The notes beneath the pieces are model-generated. The model had not been told where the DNA came from. It did not search any database and saw nothing but the letters and a program-made list of their open reading frames with translations. Positions 30,632-39,660 of a DNA stretch of 64,000 nucleotides are shown one piece after another. Both the position numbers and the translations under genes were made by a program. The stretch spans positions 257,441-321,440 of the forward strand of contig CAVYJK010000020.1 in assembly GCA_963768765.1 (NCBI GenBank). The letters run 5' to 3'. This DNA is from an uncultured delta proteobacterium (GTDB lineage Bacteria > Desulfobacterota > Desulfobaccia > Desulfobaccales > 0-14-0-80-60-11). Position 1 is the first letter of the stretch; the number at the start of each line of letters is the position of its first letter.

Positions 30632-31369
30632 ATGATCGATGTCCACTCCCATATCCTGCCGGGCATAGATGATGGCGCCCGGGACCTGGAGGAGGCCCTG
30701 GAGATGGCCCGCCTGGCCGTGGCGGACGGCATCCGGGTAATGGTGGCCACCCCCCATCTTTTCAAGCACAAGTCCGTGGACCTTGCCGCCATCAACGAGA
30801 AGAGGGTCATCCTGGAGCACATCGATATTTTCAGAGATAGGTTGGCGGCCGAGGGCATTGCCCTGGAAATCCTTCCCGGCTGCGACGTTCCCTTGAGCGT
30901 GGAAGCCTTGAGCCTGTTGGCAGAGGACCAGGTGCTGACCGTCAATGATGGTAAGCGCTATCTCTTGCTGGAGCTGCCCCACTTCTCCCTCCCGCCCTCC
31001 CTGGAGGATATCTGTTTCCGCTTGCAATCCCGGGGGCTCACCCCCGTCATCACCCACCCCGAGAGGCATCCGATCATTCAGGAGAGGCCCGATAGACTGG
31101 GGCGTTTGATAGATCTGGGGTGCCTGGCCCAACTGACCGCCGGCAGCCTGACGGGCGGCTTCGGACACCAGGTTGCCAGGGTTTCCCGGCAATTGGTGCA
31201 GAAAGGGTACATCCACCTGCTGGCCTCCGATGCTCATGACCCCCGGGGCCGGTCGCCGATGCTTAGCAAAGCGGTGAGCGAACTGACCAGGCTGATCGGC
31301 CCTGAGCAGGCCCGGGCCATGGTCACCCGGACCCCCGAAAAGATCATCAATGGGGAGCCGGCCTTTTGA
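30632..31369 (+). CDS. PHP-family protein-tyrosine phosphatase (CpsB/YwqE type), partner of the BY-kinase
   Basis: Hallmark N-terminus MIDVHSHILPGIDDGA. Later THPERH and ASDAHD metal-binding motifs. Confidence 0.85.
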   Translation: MIDVHSHILPGIDDGARDLEEALEMARLAVADGIRVMVATPHLFKHKSVDLAAINEKRVILEHIDIFRDRLAAEGIALEILPGCDVPLSVEALSLLAEDQVLTVNDGKRYLLLELPHFSLPPSLEDICFRLQSRGLTPVITHPERHPIIQERPDRLGRLIDLGCLAQLTAGSLTGGFGHQVARVSRQLVQKGYIHLLASDAHDPRGRSPMLSKAVSELTRLIGPEQARAMVTRTPEKIINGEPAF

Positions 31370-32073
31370 TAGGACTCCAGCCACCTGGTCAGGCCCGGGA
31401 ATTGGCGTGCCTCAACTTCATATTCAACAACGCAATTAGGAATGGAAAAGCGGAGCGCAACCCGGTTCGGGGCGTGGAAAGGCCACCAGAGAACAATAAG
31501 CGGGACATGGTCTTAACCGCAGAGGAATATGCATGGCTTCTGGCCTGCTGCGCACCTCACATCAAGCCAATCGTTCAAGTGGCTTACCACACAGGTATGC
31601 GCCGGGGTGAGATTCTGAAACTCAGATAGGGACAGGTGGATTTGAAGGAAGGATTTCTAAGGCTACGGCCGGAAGACACCAAGACCAATGAGGGCCGTGA
31701 GGTGCCCCTGCATCCCGAACTGGTGCAGATGCTAAAGGTCATGCCCAGAGGTTTGCCGGGGGTGCAGGTGTTCACCCGCAATGGCAAGCCCATCAGTTGC
31801 ATCCGGGACGGATTCGAGGAAGCGTGCAAAAGGGCGGGAATTGAGGCCTTCACCTTCCACGATCTGCGCCACACCTTTGTTACCAATATGCGCCGGGAGG
31901 GGGTTCACGACTCTATTATCATGGCGATTACCGGGCACAAGACAACGGCCATGTTCAACCGCTATAACCATGTGGGGCGGGAGGAACTTAAAACCCTCTG
32001 GGGCAAGATGGGTAAAGTTGGACAGTATTTGGACAGTGGCCGGGATACCGGGGCCGTCAACGAGAGGCTATAA
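31366..32073 (+). pseudogene. Tyrosine recombinase (phage-type integrase), N-terminally truncated with an internal TAG
   Basis: HTGMRRGEILKLR*GQVDL (TAG at 31627-31629 where W/TGG is expected), FHDLRHTFVTNM, ITGHKTTAMFNRYNH. The first ~100 aa of a normal integrase are missing. The ORF abuts the phosphatase stop. Confidence 0.8.
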
Positions 32074-32095
32074 ATGGCTAACTGCCTAATAGTAC

Positions 32096-32150
32096 TGGTG
32101 CCTGGGGCCGGACTCGAACCGGCACGGGGCGAACCCCGAGGGATTTTAAG
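32096..32150 (-). tRNA. tRNA-Leu(UAA) 3' fragment (anticodon loop to CCA); the 5' acceptor strand is absent
   Basis: The reverse complement CTTAAAATCCCTCGGGGTTCGCCCCGTGCCGGTTCGAGTCCGGCCCCAGGCACCA shows the anticodon loop, long variable arm, T-arm GCCGG-TTCGAGT-CCGGC and 3' acceptor CCCAGGC-A-CCA. No GCCTGGG 5' strand lies upstream. Confidence 0.6.
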
Positions 32151-32414
32151 ACCGGATTTCGCCAAAAATCTTCTTCAGACCTTTCCATAACTTACTGATT
32201 GTATTGGATTATACAGGCATACTATTCAGTTGTATACCTATTAAAAACACCCCAAAAACAGAAGCAATGGGAAACTTTTGGGAAACTCTTGGGAACGTCT
32301 CAAAGGGATTTTCCTCCCGTCAACGTCTTTTTTCACTTTAAACGCTATTTTCACCATTTGGTGAAAACCATTAAGGTGATGAAAAATGATTGTCTCCTTT
32401 CGGACCGGGGCTTT

Positions 32415-32876
32415 CTATGGCCTCTTCAGCAAATTAGGATGATTTGCCTTCAGCCAATTGATGGCTTCCTCTTTAAAGGCTTTGGCCTCTTCGAGAATTT
32501 CATCGGCTGTGGCATCGGATACTACCCCGGCGCGGTCATAATCAGTTACATTCCGAGTTGATCGGCAAGAGTTAAAGTAATCGGCTCGCTCCTGGGCTTC
32601 CGGTCCCATAACCTCCGGTAAAATCTTGAAGGTTACCCAGTGATGACCTGATTTACCTGTCCGGTAGCCGGAAGCGTAAAGCACTATAGTCGCCAGCTGC
32701 AATGCTGCATTATAAGCTGTGGCGAAACGCCGGTCGGCTGAGATCTCTTTGATAGCCGCATCGGCAAGATCCCGGTCCACTACTTTCAATAAATCCGCAA
32801 CCTCGTTGACAGAGGTGCTATGCCGCTGCAGCCGGCCTTCATTCAGCCAGTTTTGCAAGTTCATCTTCATTGCCAA
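32415..32876 (-). CDS. HEPN-like helical protein (putative toxin partner of the adjacent nucleotidyltransferase)
   Basis: All-helical 153-aa protein overlapping the upstream NTase gene by ~38 nt. It carries CRSTRNVTDY where HEPN proteins carry Rx4-6H, so no canonical His is seen. The assignment rests mostly on context. Confidence 0.5.
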   Translation of the reverse strand: MAMKMNLQNWLNEGRLQRHSTSVNEVADLLKVVDRDLADAAIKEISADRRFATAYNAALQLATIVLYASGYRTGKSGHHWVTFKILPEVMGPEAQERADYFNSCRSTRNVTDYDRAGVVSDATADEILEEAKAFKEEAINWLKANHPNLLKRP

Positions 32877-33483
32877 TCAGCCAGATTTTGGGGCCCTTGA
32901 TAACTTCGGTGATGAAATGGTGATTTTCTCGAGACTTTTTTTTGAATTCTTCAGGAGGATAAACTACCGGATTAAATTCTCGGCCCAATTCGGATACAAC
33001 TGAGGCCAGAAGCTTGGTCGTCTGCCGCAAGGATAATTCTCCCACCAGGAAGAGGTCGATGTCACTTTGAGCGGTTTCCCTCCCCTGGGCCAGGGAGCCA
33101 AAGATGAAAGCCAATTTCACCTTATCCGCCAATGGGGCCAGGGCTTCTCGTAGCACATCTCCAAGAGCTACGGTCTTGAGGAAAACCCGCTTCAAATCCT
33201 CAAAAGCTGGGTGCATCCGGTCTGCTTTATAATAGACTATATTGCCGCGCTTAGTTTTGGTCACCAACCCGGTGCGTTCTATCCGCTTCAGGGCTCTCTG
33301 GACTTGGACCAGTGCATTCCCCGTGGTTTCCACAATGCCGCGCTGGTAAAATTCTGTTTCTGGATGAAGCAGGAACAGGGATAAGACCTTGACCAGGGTA
33401 GGATTAGGGAATAGTTCAGCCAGGGTCGAAAGCTGACTACACTTTGTTGTCGATTGACTACGATTTGTTGTCAATTCGTGCAT
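32839..33483 (-). CDS. wHTH-fused minimal nucleotidyltransferase (MNT-type antitoxin-like)
   Basis: N-terminal winged-helix region (VKVLSLFLLHPETEFYQRGIVETTGNALVQVQRALKRIERTGLV). C-terminal NTase motif FIFGSLAQGRETAQSDIDLFLVG (GS...DxD). Confidence 0.7.
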   Translation of the reverse strand: MHELTTNRSQSTTKCSQLSTLAELFPNPTLVKVLSLFLLHPETEFYQRGIVETTGNALVQVQRALKRIERTGLVTKTKRGNIVYYKADRMHPAFEDLKRVFLKTVALGDVLREALAPLADKVKLAFIFGSLAQGRETAQSDIDLFLVGELSLRQTTKLLASVVSELGREFNPVVYPPEEFKKKSRENHHFITEVIKGPKIWLIGNEDELAKLAE

Positions 33484-34145
33484 GAATGCAATTAATCATG
33501 ATGAGTAGCTTTTGTAAAGCAAATATCCGAATAGACATCGGCCTCATTTACTAAGGCGGTGACTCAATCAGGTAACCAGGTCGCGCAAACCGCCAGCAGG
33601 GGTGTCAGGTCTGGGGCTTAGGCATGAAACTCTCTGCGCAGCCGGGTCCAATCATTCATCCCATCCTCCGGATCCGAAATGCGTGTAAGGAGTCAGGGCC
33701 AGGAAAATGAAATCTTGCGTGGATTTGAGGGAACTTGCCCCCTGATCTCCTGCATGCGAAGCAACCTATCTGCCTGTGAACCCTTTATCTATCGGAGTTT
33801 TATGGGTGAGGCCCATCCAAATTAACCTCAAAAAACACTCAGTATCGATCAAACCTACTCAGCGACCTACTCAGCGTCGCTACGACCTTTACCTCCTCCA
33901 GAACTGCCATCTTGGTTTCCGGATCAATCTTACGGCGTTTCGTTTCATACTCACCACCTGAGACATTATACTCGCTTAGCTTTATGTCTCAGCTCCAAGG
34001 GGAGCAGTATAGAGTATGGTCAATATCTGGGGAAACGTAATGTTTCGTCTAAATTTGTGCTATCATGCGCTTATAAGACGAATTGGCTTGGAGAAGTTGA
34101 AGCGTCTACTTGATTAAATTGATTAACAAGAGGAAGAGAGGGAAC

Positions 34146-34499
34146 ATGGTTGAGGCTCCAATTTCCGAAAGTGTGGTGGTAATATGGTCTTCGGGAGATC
34201 GGGAAGTTGCCAAAAAAATGGTTTTTATGTACACCAAGAACTCCAAGCTCAAGGGCTGGTGGGGTCGCGTTAGGCTAGTGGTCTGGGGCCCTTCATCCCA
34301 ACTACTGTCCACGGACCTGGAGCTTCAAGAGGAACTGGAAGATTTGAAGGCGGCAGGAGTTGAACTCCAAGCGTGCAAAGCCTGCGCGGATCTTTACGGG
34401 GTAACCGATAAGCTCAAGTCGCTGGGCATCGAAGTCATTTACATGGGCGCTCCCCTAACCGAGATGCTGAAAACGGGCTGGACCTGCCTCACCTTTTAA
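34146..34499 (+). CDS. DsrE/DsrF-like family protein
   Basis: Small alpha/beta protein: VVIWSSGDREVAKKMVFMY...VRLVVWGPS...ELQACKACADLYGV...IEVIYMG. Family-level assignment only. Confidence 0.5.
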   Translation: MVEAPISESVVVIWSSGDREVAKKMVFMYTKNSKLKGWWGRVRLVVWGPSSQLLSTDLELQEELEDLKAAGVELQACKACADLYGVTDKLKSLGIEVIYMGAPLTEMLKTGWTCLTF

Positions 34500-34737
34500 C
34501 CAAGGCTGGGGGCTGAGCCGGGATCCGAGGAAAACTATCTGAAATTATCGATCATCGAGGAGCATCTTCATGAGCATCGGATCGATTCCAAGCTGGCAGG
34601 CGAGGATTTGAAGTAAATAAGCCAAACGCAATCATCTTTGCATTAGGCCAATTAAGACTTCCTCCTTATGAGATTTGGACTGATGGGATTCGGAGCCAAA
34701 TCGTAAATTCGCAGTGCGAAAAGTAAGGAAAAATAAG

Positions 34738-35385
34738 ATGATCCTGGCAATCAACGGTAGCCCCAAACCCAAAGGCAATCTGTACCGCATGCTGGACAAA
34801 GTGGCCCGGGACACCGGCCATGACTATGAGATGGTGCACCTGGCCAAGCTCAACATCAGACCCTGCATCGGCTGTGTGAAATGCGCCGACAACAATCGCT
34901 GCGTGCAAAACGATGACATGGCTCCTCTCTATGATAAAATTGTGGCCGCGGATGCCCTGATTGTGGGGCCTGTGGTGTATTTCGGCCAGGCCAACGCCTT
35001 TACCCACACCTTCCTGGAGCGCCTCTTTCCGCTGCGCCATGTGGAACTCCAAACCATGGGCAAACTGGCTGCGGTGGTGTGTGTGGGAGGGAACGAAGCC
35101 GAAAAGGTGGTGCAGGACGTGTCCCACCAATTGAGTAGCTATCTTGAGTACCGGGTGGTGGGCTCGGTTTTCTTTAACAGCGCCACGCCCCCCTGCTTCA
35201 TTTGCGGCCACGGCACTACCTGCAGACAGGGCGGGCCGGCGCGCTGGATGACCCCGGAAGAATTTGAGAATTTTACGGAAATCACCCCGGAAATGTTCCA
35301 GAACTTTGAGGATTACCCGGAGGTGGTGAAGGCCTGCGAACTGCTCTCCCGGGAACTCAAGGAGGCGATAAGTCATAAGCTGTAA
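34738..35385 (+). CDS. NADPH-dependent FMN reductase / iron-sulfur flavoprotein-like
   Basis: MILAINGSPKPKGNLYRML flavodoxin-like N-terminus, Cys-rich CIGCVKCADNNRC, and SD-like AAGGAA upstream of the ATG at 34738. Confidence 0.7.
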   Translation: MILAINGSPKPKGNLYRMLDKVARDTGHDYEMVHLAKLNIRPCIGCVKCADNNRCVQNDDMAPLYDKIVAADALIVGPVVYFGQANAFTHTFLERLFPLRHVELQTMGKLAAVVCVGGNEAEKVVQDVSHQLSSYLEYRVVGSVFFNSATPPCFICGHGTTCRQGGPARWMTPEEFENFTEITPEMFQNFEDYPEVVKACELLSRELKEAISHKL

Positions 35386-35731
35386 GCTCCTTAATGCGCA
35401 ATCGAGAGGATCTGGAAGTGTTTCACTATCCAAATATTACCTACAACTTTTCCGGGTTTGGGGATAAGTGTCTGGTTTGGCAAGTTAACAAAGCTCTTAA
35501 CTTGGGAAGAAGGCCTGATCTGCACATCAGAATTTTTTTAAACTGAATCTAAGAGAAAAATCTTGACAATTTCAGAGAATCTATGGGATTTAAATCCAAA
35601 TATCATCTTTACTCTAAATTTCCAGCAGTCTAAGTGTAGCATTCTCTGCCATTTTCTCGGAGGAAGCTATGCCTTATCAAGTAGGCCCTCAGCATACCCA
35701 TACCATGTACTCCTCGAAAAAGGAGCATTTT

Positions 35732-37231
35732 ATGCGGAGACCAACACTCGGCCTCTTGCTGTTCGTCCTTATCTGCGCCGGCTGCTCTTATATCATGCCC
35801 CCCCAAAAAATCCCCCTGGACCGGCGAAATTATATTGATGCCGTTTCCACTTCCTGGAAGGAACAGCTCCTCACTAATCTGGTTAAACTGCGTTACGGGG
35901 ACACCCTGACCTTCCTGGAAATGACCTCCGTCAATACCAGCTATGCTCTGGAGGCCAATTTTTCGGCTAATTATACCACCCCGTGGCATTTCCTCTATGG
36001 AACTACCGGGGCTCGCAATACGTTTGTGGGCGGCGGCGGTCTTACTTACTCAGACAAACCCACGATCTCCTACGCTCCCATCCGGGGCGAGGCGTTATCT
36101 AAGACCCTGATCATGCCCATAGACCCGTCCAAAATTTTAAAGGGTCTCCAGACCGGCTGGCGGGCGGATTACGTCTTCCCCTGCTGCGTCAAAAACATCA
36201 ATGATCTTCAAAATCGCCAGGACGCTGATTTTTTTATCCTCGTGCAGCTCTTCCGCGATCTCAGGCAGAATGGCGTCATTCGGATCACCATCGACGAAGA
36301 GAAGAAACCGACCAAATATGATGTTACGGTGCATCTGCAGGATAAAATCCGGCAGGAGCAAGGGAGGAGCGAGCCGGGAGAGAAAGCGGGCGGCAAGGCG
36401 GGGATGAAACCCCAAAAGGCGAAGCAGACTGAGGCGGAGGCGGACAAACAAAAAGAGGCGGAGGACACGATTGGTTTATTGGTGTTGGATAAGGGTCGCG
36501 CTCAGCGCGCCAAATCGGAAGACAAAGTCAAGGAATTCAAGAGACTCTTGTGGCCCGACGCCTCGCCCCAGGGAAAAGGCTTGTACAGCAATTGCAGTGA
36601 ATGTCATGGCGAAAAGGGGGACGGCAAAGGTCCCATGGCCTCCACCTATGATCCCAAGCCCGCTAATTTCCACGATCACCAGTTCTGGATGAGCGACGTT
36701 GACCAGAAGATCGACCAGGCCATTACCTCCGGCCACGGCCGGATGGCCAAGCGTAACCTGAAACCCGAGGAGAAAAAGGCAGTCATCTCTTACCTCAAAC
36801 AAGCCTTTGGGAGGTATGAGGTATATAAAATCATCGATGGCAACCAACAGCCCCGGCCATCAGACCCCTACTGTGACAAAATTATCCTGCAAACCCGCTC
36901 AATTTTACAGGTCTTCACGATGCTCGCCGATTTCATCGCAGTGCCCCAGGAACACCTTTCCGAAAACAGGGTCCAAGAAAGTGATTTGCCGAGTAAAGGA
37001 AAAGAACCTTTGAATGGGCCGGTCGACAACAAGATTATGTTCAAAATTGAATCCAGCAAAGAATGTCCCCAAGACACCTTTGTCGCCATGCAGCAGCGCG
37101 GCTATTGGTTCTATATTAATGATAAAGACTTTGATTCTAAAGAAGTTTTTTCCGGCATAGCAGGAATCTTATCCATGTCGGAGCCTGGCACCAAAGAAGG
37201 AACGCCGGTGCTCACCTTGCCGGTGCAATGA
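35732..37231 (+). CDS. Lipoprotein with an internal class I cytochrome c domain
   Basis: Lipobox LLFVLICAGCS after the ATG at 35732 (SD AAGGAG at 35719-35724). K/E-rich linker. Haem motif CSECHGEKGDGKGPMA with a distal GRM Met. The flanking domains are uncharacterised. Confidence 0.65.
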   Translation: MRRPTLGLLLFVLICAGCSYIMPPQKIPLDRRNYIDAVSTSWKEQLLTNLVKLRYGDTLTFLEMTSVNTSYALEANFSANYTTPWHFLYGTTGARNTFVGGGGLTYSDKPTISYAPIRGEALSKTLIMPIDPSKILKGLQTGWRADYVFPCCVKNINDLQNRQDADFFILVQLFRDLRQNGVIRITIDEEKKPTKYDVTVHLQDKIRQEQGRSEPGEKAGGKAGMKPQKAKQTEAEADKQKEAEDTIGLLVLDKGRAQRAKSEDKVKEFKRLLWPDASPQGKGLYSNCSECHGEKGDGKGPMASTYDPKPANFHDHQFWMSDVDQKIDQAITSGHGRMAKRNLKPEEKKAVISYLKQAFGRYEVYKIIDGNQQPRPSDPYCDKIILQTRSILQVFTMLADFIAVPQEHLSENRVQESDLPSKGKEPLNGPVDNKIMFKIESSKECPQDTFVAMQQRGYWFYINDKDFDSKEVFSGIAGILSMSEPGTKEGTPVLTLPVQ

Positions 37232-37324
37232 GCCAACGGAGAACTACTGGTGAGCAATCTTGGCAGGTGGATGCCGTAAAAGGGGTAGGGCTCCGGGTGG
37301 TGAGGAAGTGGAGGGGAATTTCTC

Positions 37325-38257
37325 ATGCAAGAGCTTTTAGGGCGCTGGCTGGTTGACCCCACCTTCGACAAACTCCTCCTGATCCTGGGGGTGTTGTTGT
37401 TGGTACGCCTGGCGGTGTACCTCCTGAACCGTTACCTGGCCCGGGATATCCAGGACCCCCAAACCCGCTACCGCGTCCACAAGTTTCTCTCCCTGGCGGG
37501 CTATGCCGCCGTCATTCTCTTCCTGGCCATCCTCTTTAGAGACGTCCTCTCCGGGCTGGTGGTGGGCCTGGGGGTGGCCGGGGCCGGGGCAGCCTTCATT
37601 TTCCAGGAGGTCCTGGTCAACTGCGCCGGCTGGCTGGCCATTTCTTTCAGCCGGCTCTATGCCCCCGGTGACCGCATCCAGGTGGGCGCCATCCGGGGCG
37701 ACGTCATCGACATCAGCGTCCTGCGCACCACCCTCATGGAGTGCGGCGTCTGGGTGGAGGCCGATCTCTTCACCGGCCGCATCGTTCGCATCCCCAACAG
37801 CACCATCTTTAAGGAGCCGGTGATCAACTACTCCGCCGACTTTCCCTTCCTCTGGGATGAGATCACCGTGCCCGTGAAACACGGCGACGACCACCAGCTG
37901 GCCCGCCGGATACTGGAAGACGTGATCAATGAGATCGTCGGCGATTACGTCGGCCACGCCAAAAAGGCCTGGAAAGATGCGGTCAAGAAATACTTCATCG
38001 ACGCCTCCTTGATCGACTCGGCGGTGACTATGGTCTTCACCGACAACTGGATCGAATTCAAGGTGCGCTATATTGTGGATTACAAGAAACGCCGCAGCAT
38101 CAAGGACCGCATCTTTTCCCGCATCCTGGAGGAGTTCGCCAAGACCCAGGGCCGCGTCACCATCGCCTCGGGCACCTTCCAACTGGTAGACCCACCTGTC
38201 TTCCAGGTCCAGGTTTCCTCATCTTCTCCGCCAGGGCAAAAAGGCTCAAATCTGTGA
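37325..38257 (+). CDS. MscS-family mechanosensitive channel
   Basis: Three N-terminal TM helices, then PGDRIQVGAIRGDVIDISVLRTTLME...RIVRIPNSTIFKEPVINYS (MscS beta-domain signature). Confidence 0.8.
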   Translation: MQELLGRWLVDPTFDKLLLILGVLLLVRLAVYLLNRYLARDIQDPQTRYRVHKFLSLAGYAAVILFLAILFRDVLSGLVVGLGVAGAGAAFIFQEVLVNCAGWLAISFSRLYAPGDRIQVGAIRGDVIDISVLRTTLMECGVWVEADLFTGRIVRIPNSTIFKEPVINYSADFPFLWDEITVPVKHGDDHQLARRILEDVINEIVGDYVGHAKKAWKDAVKKYFIDASLIDSAVTMVFTDNWIEFKVRYIVDYKKRRSIKDRIFSRILEEFAKTQGRVTIASGTFQLVDPPVFQVQVSSSSPPGQKGSNL

Positions 38258-38340
38258 ACGTTGTCCTCTTCTTGTGGCCAGGAAAGGCCGAGATGCTTTA
38301 GGGGATAGGGCGGAAAATTGCCTAAGAAGTAGCTTTCAAC

Positions 38341-38374
38341 AAATCAGTCAGTGGACCGCGCCGCTGATTTTTTC
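38341..38374 (+). terminator. Candidate intrinsic terminator after the MscS gene
   Basis: AAATCAG (38341-38347) pairs with CTGATTT (38364-38370) and is followed by a T-run. The loop is large, so the prediction is moderate. Confidence 0.4.
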
Positions 38375-38434
38375 ATTCTTAGAGTGCGAGATTACTGCCT
38401 CTATCAACGCTCAAAACTCCAATTAAGAATAGCG

Positions 38435-38576
38435 GATATGGTTATCATAGCTGTATCTCAGACCCTGCCAGGAGTTTGTTAACCTTCTCCGTGTTCGCCT
38501 TCACTTCCAGAACTGCCACCAGCGCTTCGGCGGCTGTCTCAGAATCTCAAATATCTTATTGGCCGCCCGGGTATTG
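38435..38576. repeat. Direct repeat copy A (142 bp) bounding the island
   Basis: Aligns base-for-base with 48460-48601. There are 137/142 identities, and the inner 64 bp are identical. Confidence 0.9.
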
Positions 38577-38798
38577 CCTGCCTCCAGGTCGGCAAAGGTC
38601 TGTTGCGGGTCTTTGTGGCCGAGCATTTGTCACCGCCCTACGAGAACGCCGATGTACCTCGGAGGCCTGTTTAAACCGCATGGTTGTCGTGGGTTAGAGG
38701 ACAGAAAGGTTAAGAAAATGGCGTCATGAGAAAGAGATTCCCGCGAATAGTCCCGCGAATTATCCATCACTCCGTGATGGTGATGCTGTCAGTTCATG

Positions 38799-39575
38799 TT
38801 AGGCAGCATTGGCTCCTGTTACTGTCCGCACTTTGCCGATGTAAAGAGGTATGTGCCCAGGGATATAATCGTTGCCGGGAACGCAAACTGGGCCGTGTAG
38901 GCGCTGCCCAAGGGGAGCAGTCAAAGGCGCAAGCAAGCTAAGGAAGTTTTGGAGATCACGCTCGTTTGCGTCGATCTGCCTTGTCCTGGTGTTTGGTGTC
39001 ACGAATTCGTGGACTACGAAGAGGGCGTGCGAAGCGTCGACTTGACCCGCATAAGCGAGGGCAGCTGCGATGCCGTAGAACAACTGGTAGCGAAGCTCGC
39101 CAATTCCGGGCAAGTCGCCGGGCTGGTTGCCTAGAAGAGCTTGGCAAAGCCTTTCCAACCGCTCGGGCCGTCGCGACGGCGGTGGTGTCCTGAGTACATT
39201 GGCGACCAGCTCGCCGAAAGGCTCGTCGGCCTTTGCCTCGATGCTAATAGCGATGCGTTGATTGGCCCGTTCAGCGATGCATACCAAGTCGGTGTTCCGT
39301 GGCTCTCCTGGGATGTTGTCGAATGCGACCTTGTGCTCCGGGATGGCTTCGAGGAATGCGGCGCCGTCGATATCGGGATGGGTGCTTAGCAATTCCTGTA
39401 ACTCAACAGGCACGGCGGGGGCAGAGGCTCTGCCGCACCAGGCCTTAGCAAGCTCCTTAGCACTCTTGCCATCGACCCAGTGCCTGGCACCGCCTGCCGG
39501 AGGGGCAAGGCGAAACCAGTCATCGACCGTCGAGATATCTTTGATGATGCGCACTGAAAAACCTCCCATATCCAA
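38799..39575 (-). CDS. Hypothetical protein with a PD-(D/E)xK-like nuclease motif
   Basis: 258-aa ORF. NTDLVCIAERANQRIAISIEAKADEPFG gives a D...E-A-K arrangement. The N-terminus reads HWVDGKSAKELAKAW. It is the last gene of the minus-strand module. Confidence 0.5.
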   Translation of the reverse strand: MDMGGFSVRIIKDISTVDDWFRLAPPAGGARHWVDGKSAKELAKAWCGRASAPAVPVELQELLSTHPDIDGAAFLEAIPEHKVAFDNIPGEPRNTDLVCIAERANQRIAISIEAKADEPFGELVANVLRTPPPSRRPERLERLCQALLGNQPGDLPGIGELRYQLFYGIAAALAYAGQVDASHALFVVHEFVTPNTRTRQIDANERDLQNFLSLLAPLTAPLGQRLHGPVCVPGNDYIPGHIPLYIGKVRTVTGANAA

Positions 39576-39660
39576 AGCATAGCAAAAAATTTTCAGAAAA
39601 TCCGGTAAGTGTTCATTTTGGCAAGGAGATAGTCGCCAACGAGATCTGACGATCTATGAC

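Noticed and set aside
32096-32190. A complete tRNA-Leu gene
   Set aside because: The 3' half is convincing, but the sequence upstream (GATTTTTGGCGAAATCCGGT) offers no GCCTGGG acceptor strand and no 5' anticodon-stem strand pairing with TCCCT. It is therefore called a fragment only.
38577-38720. An integrase C-terminal remnant reading into repeat copy A (…QMLGHKDPQQTFADLEAG… resembles the LGH...T..Y tail of tyrosine recombinases)
   Set aside because: It is too short and interrupted by a TGA. The same stretch is also weakly similar to the o-spanin C-terminus upstream of copy B (YKVDLRESAELGAA), so it could equally be a decayed spanin paralogue. It cannot be decided from sequence alone.
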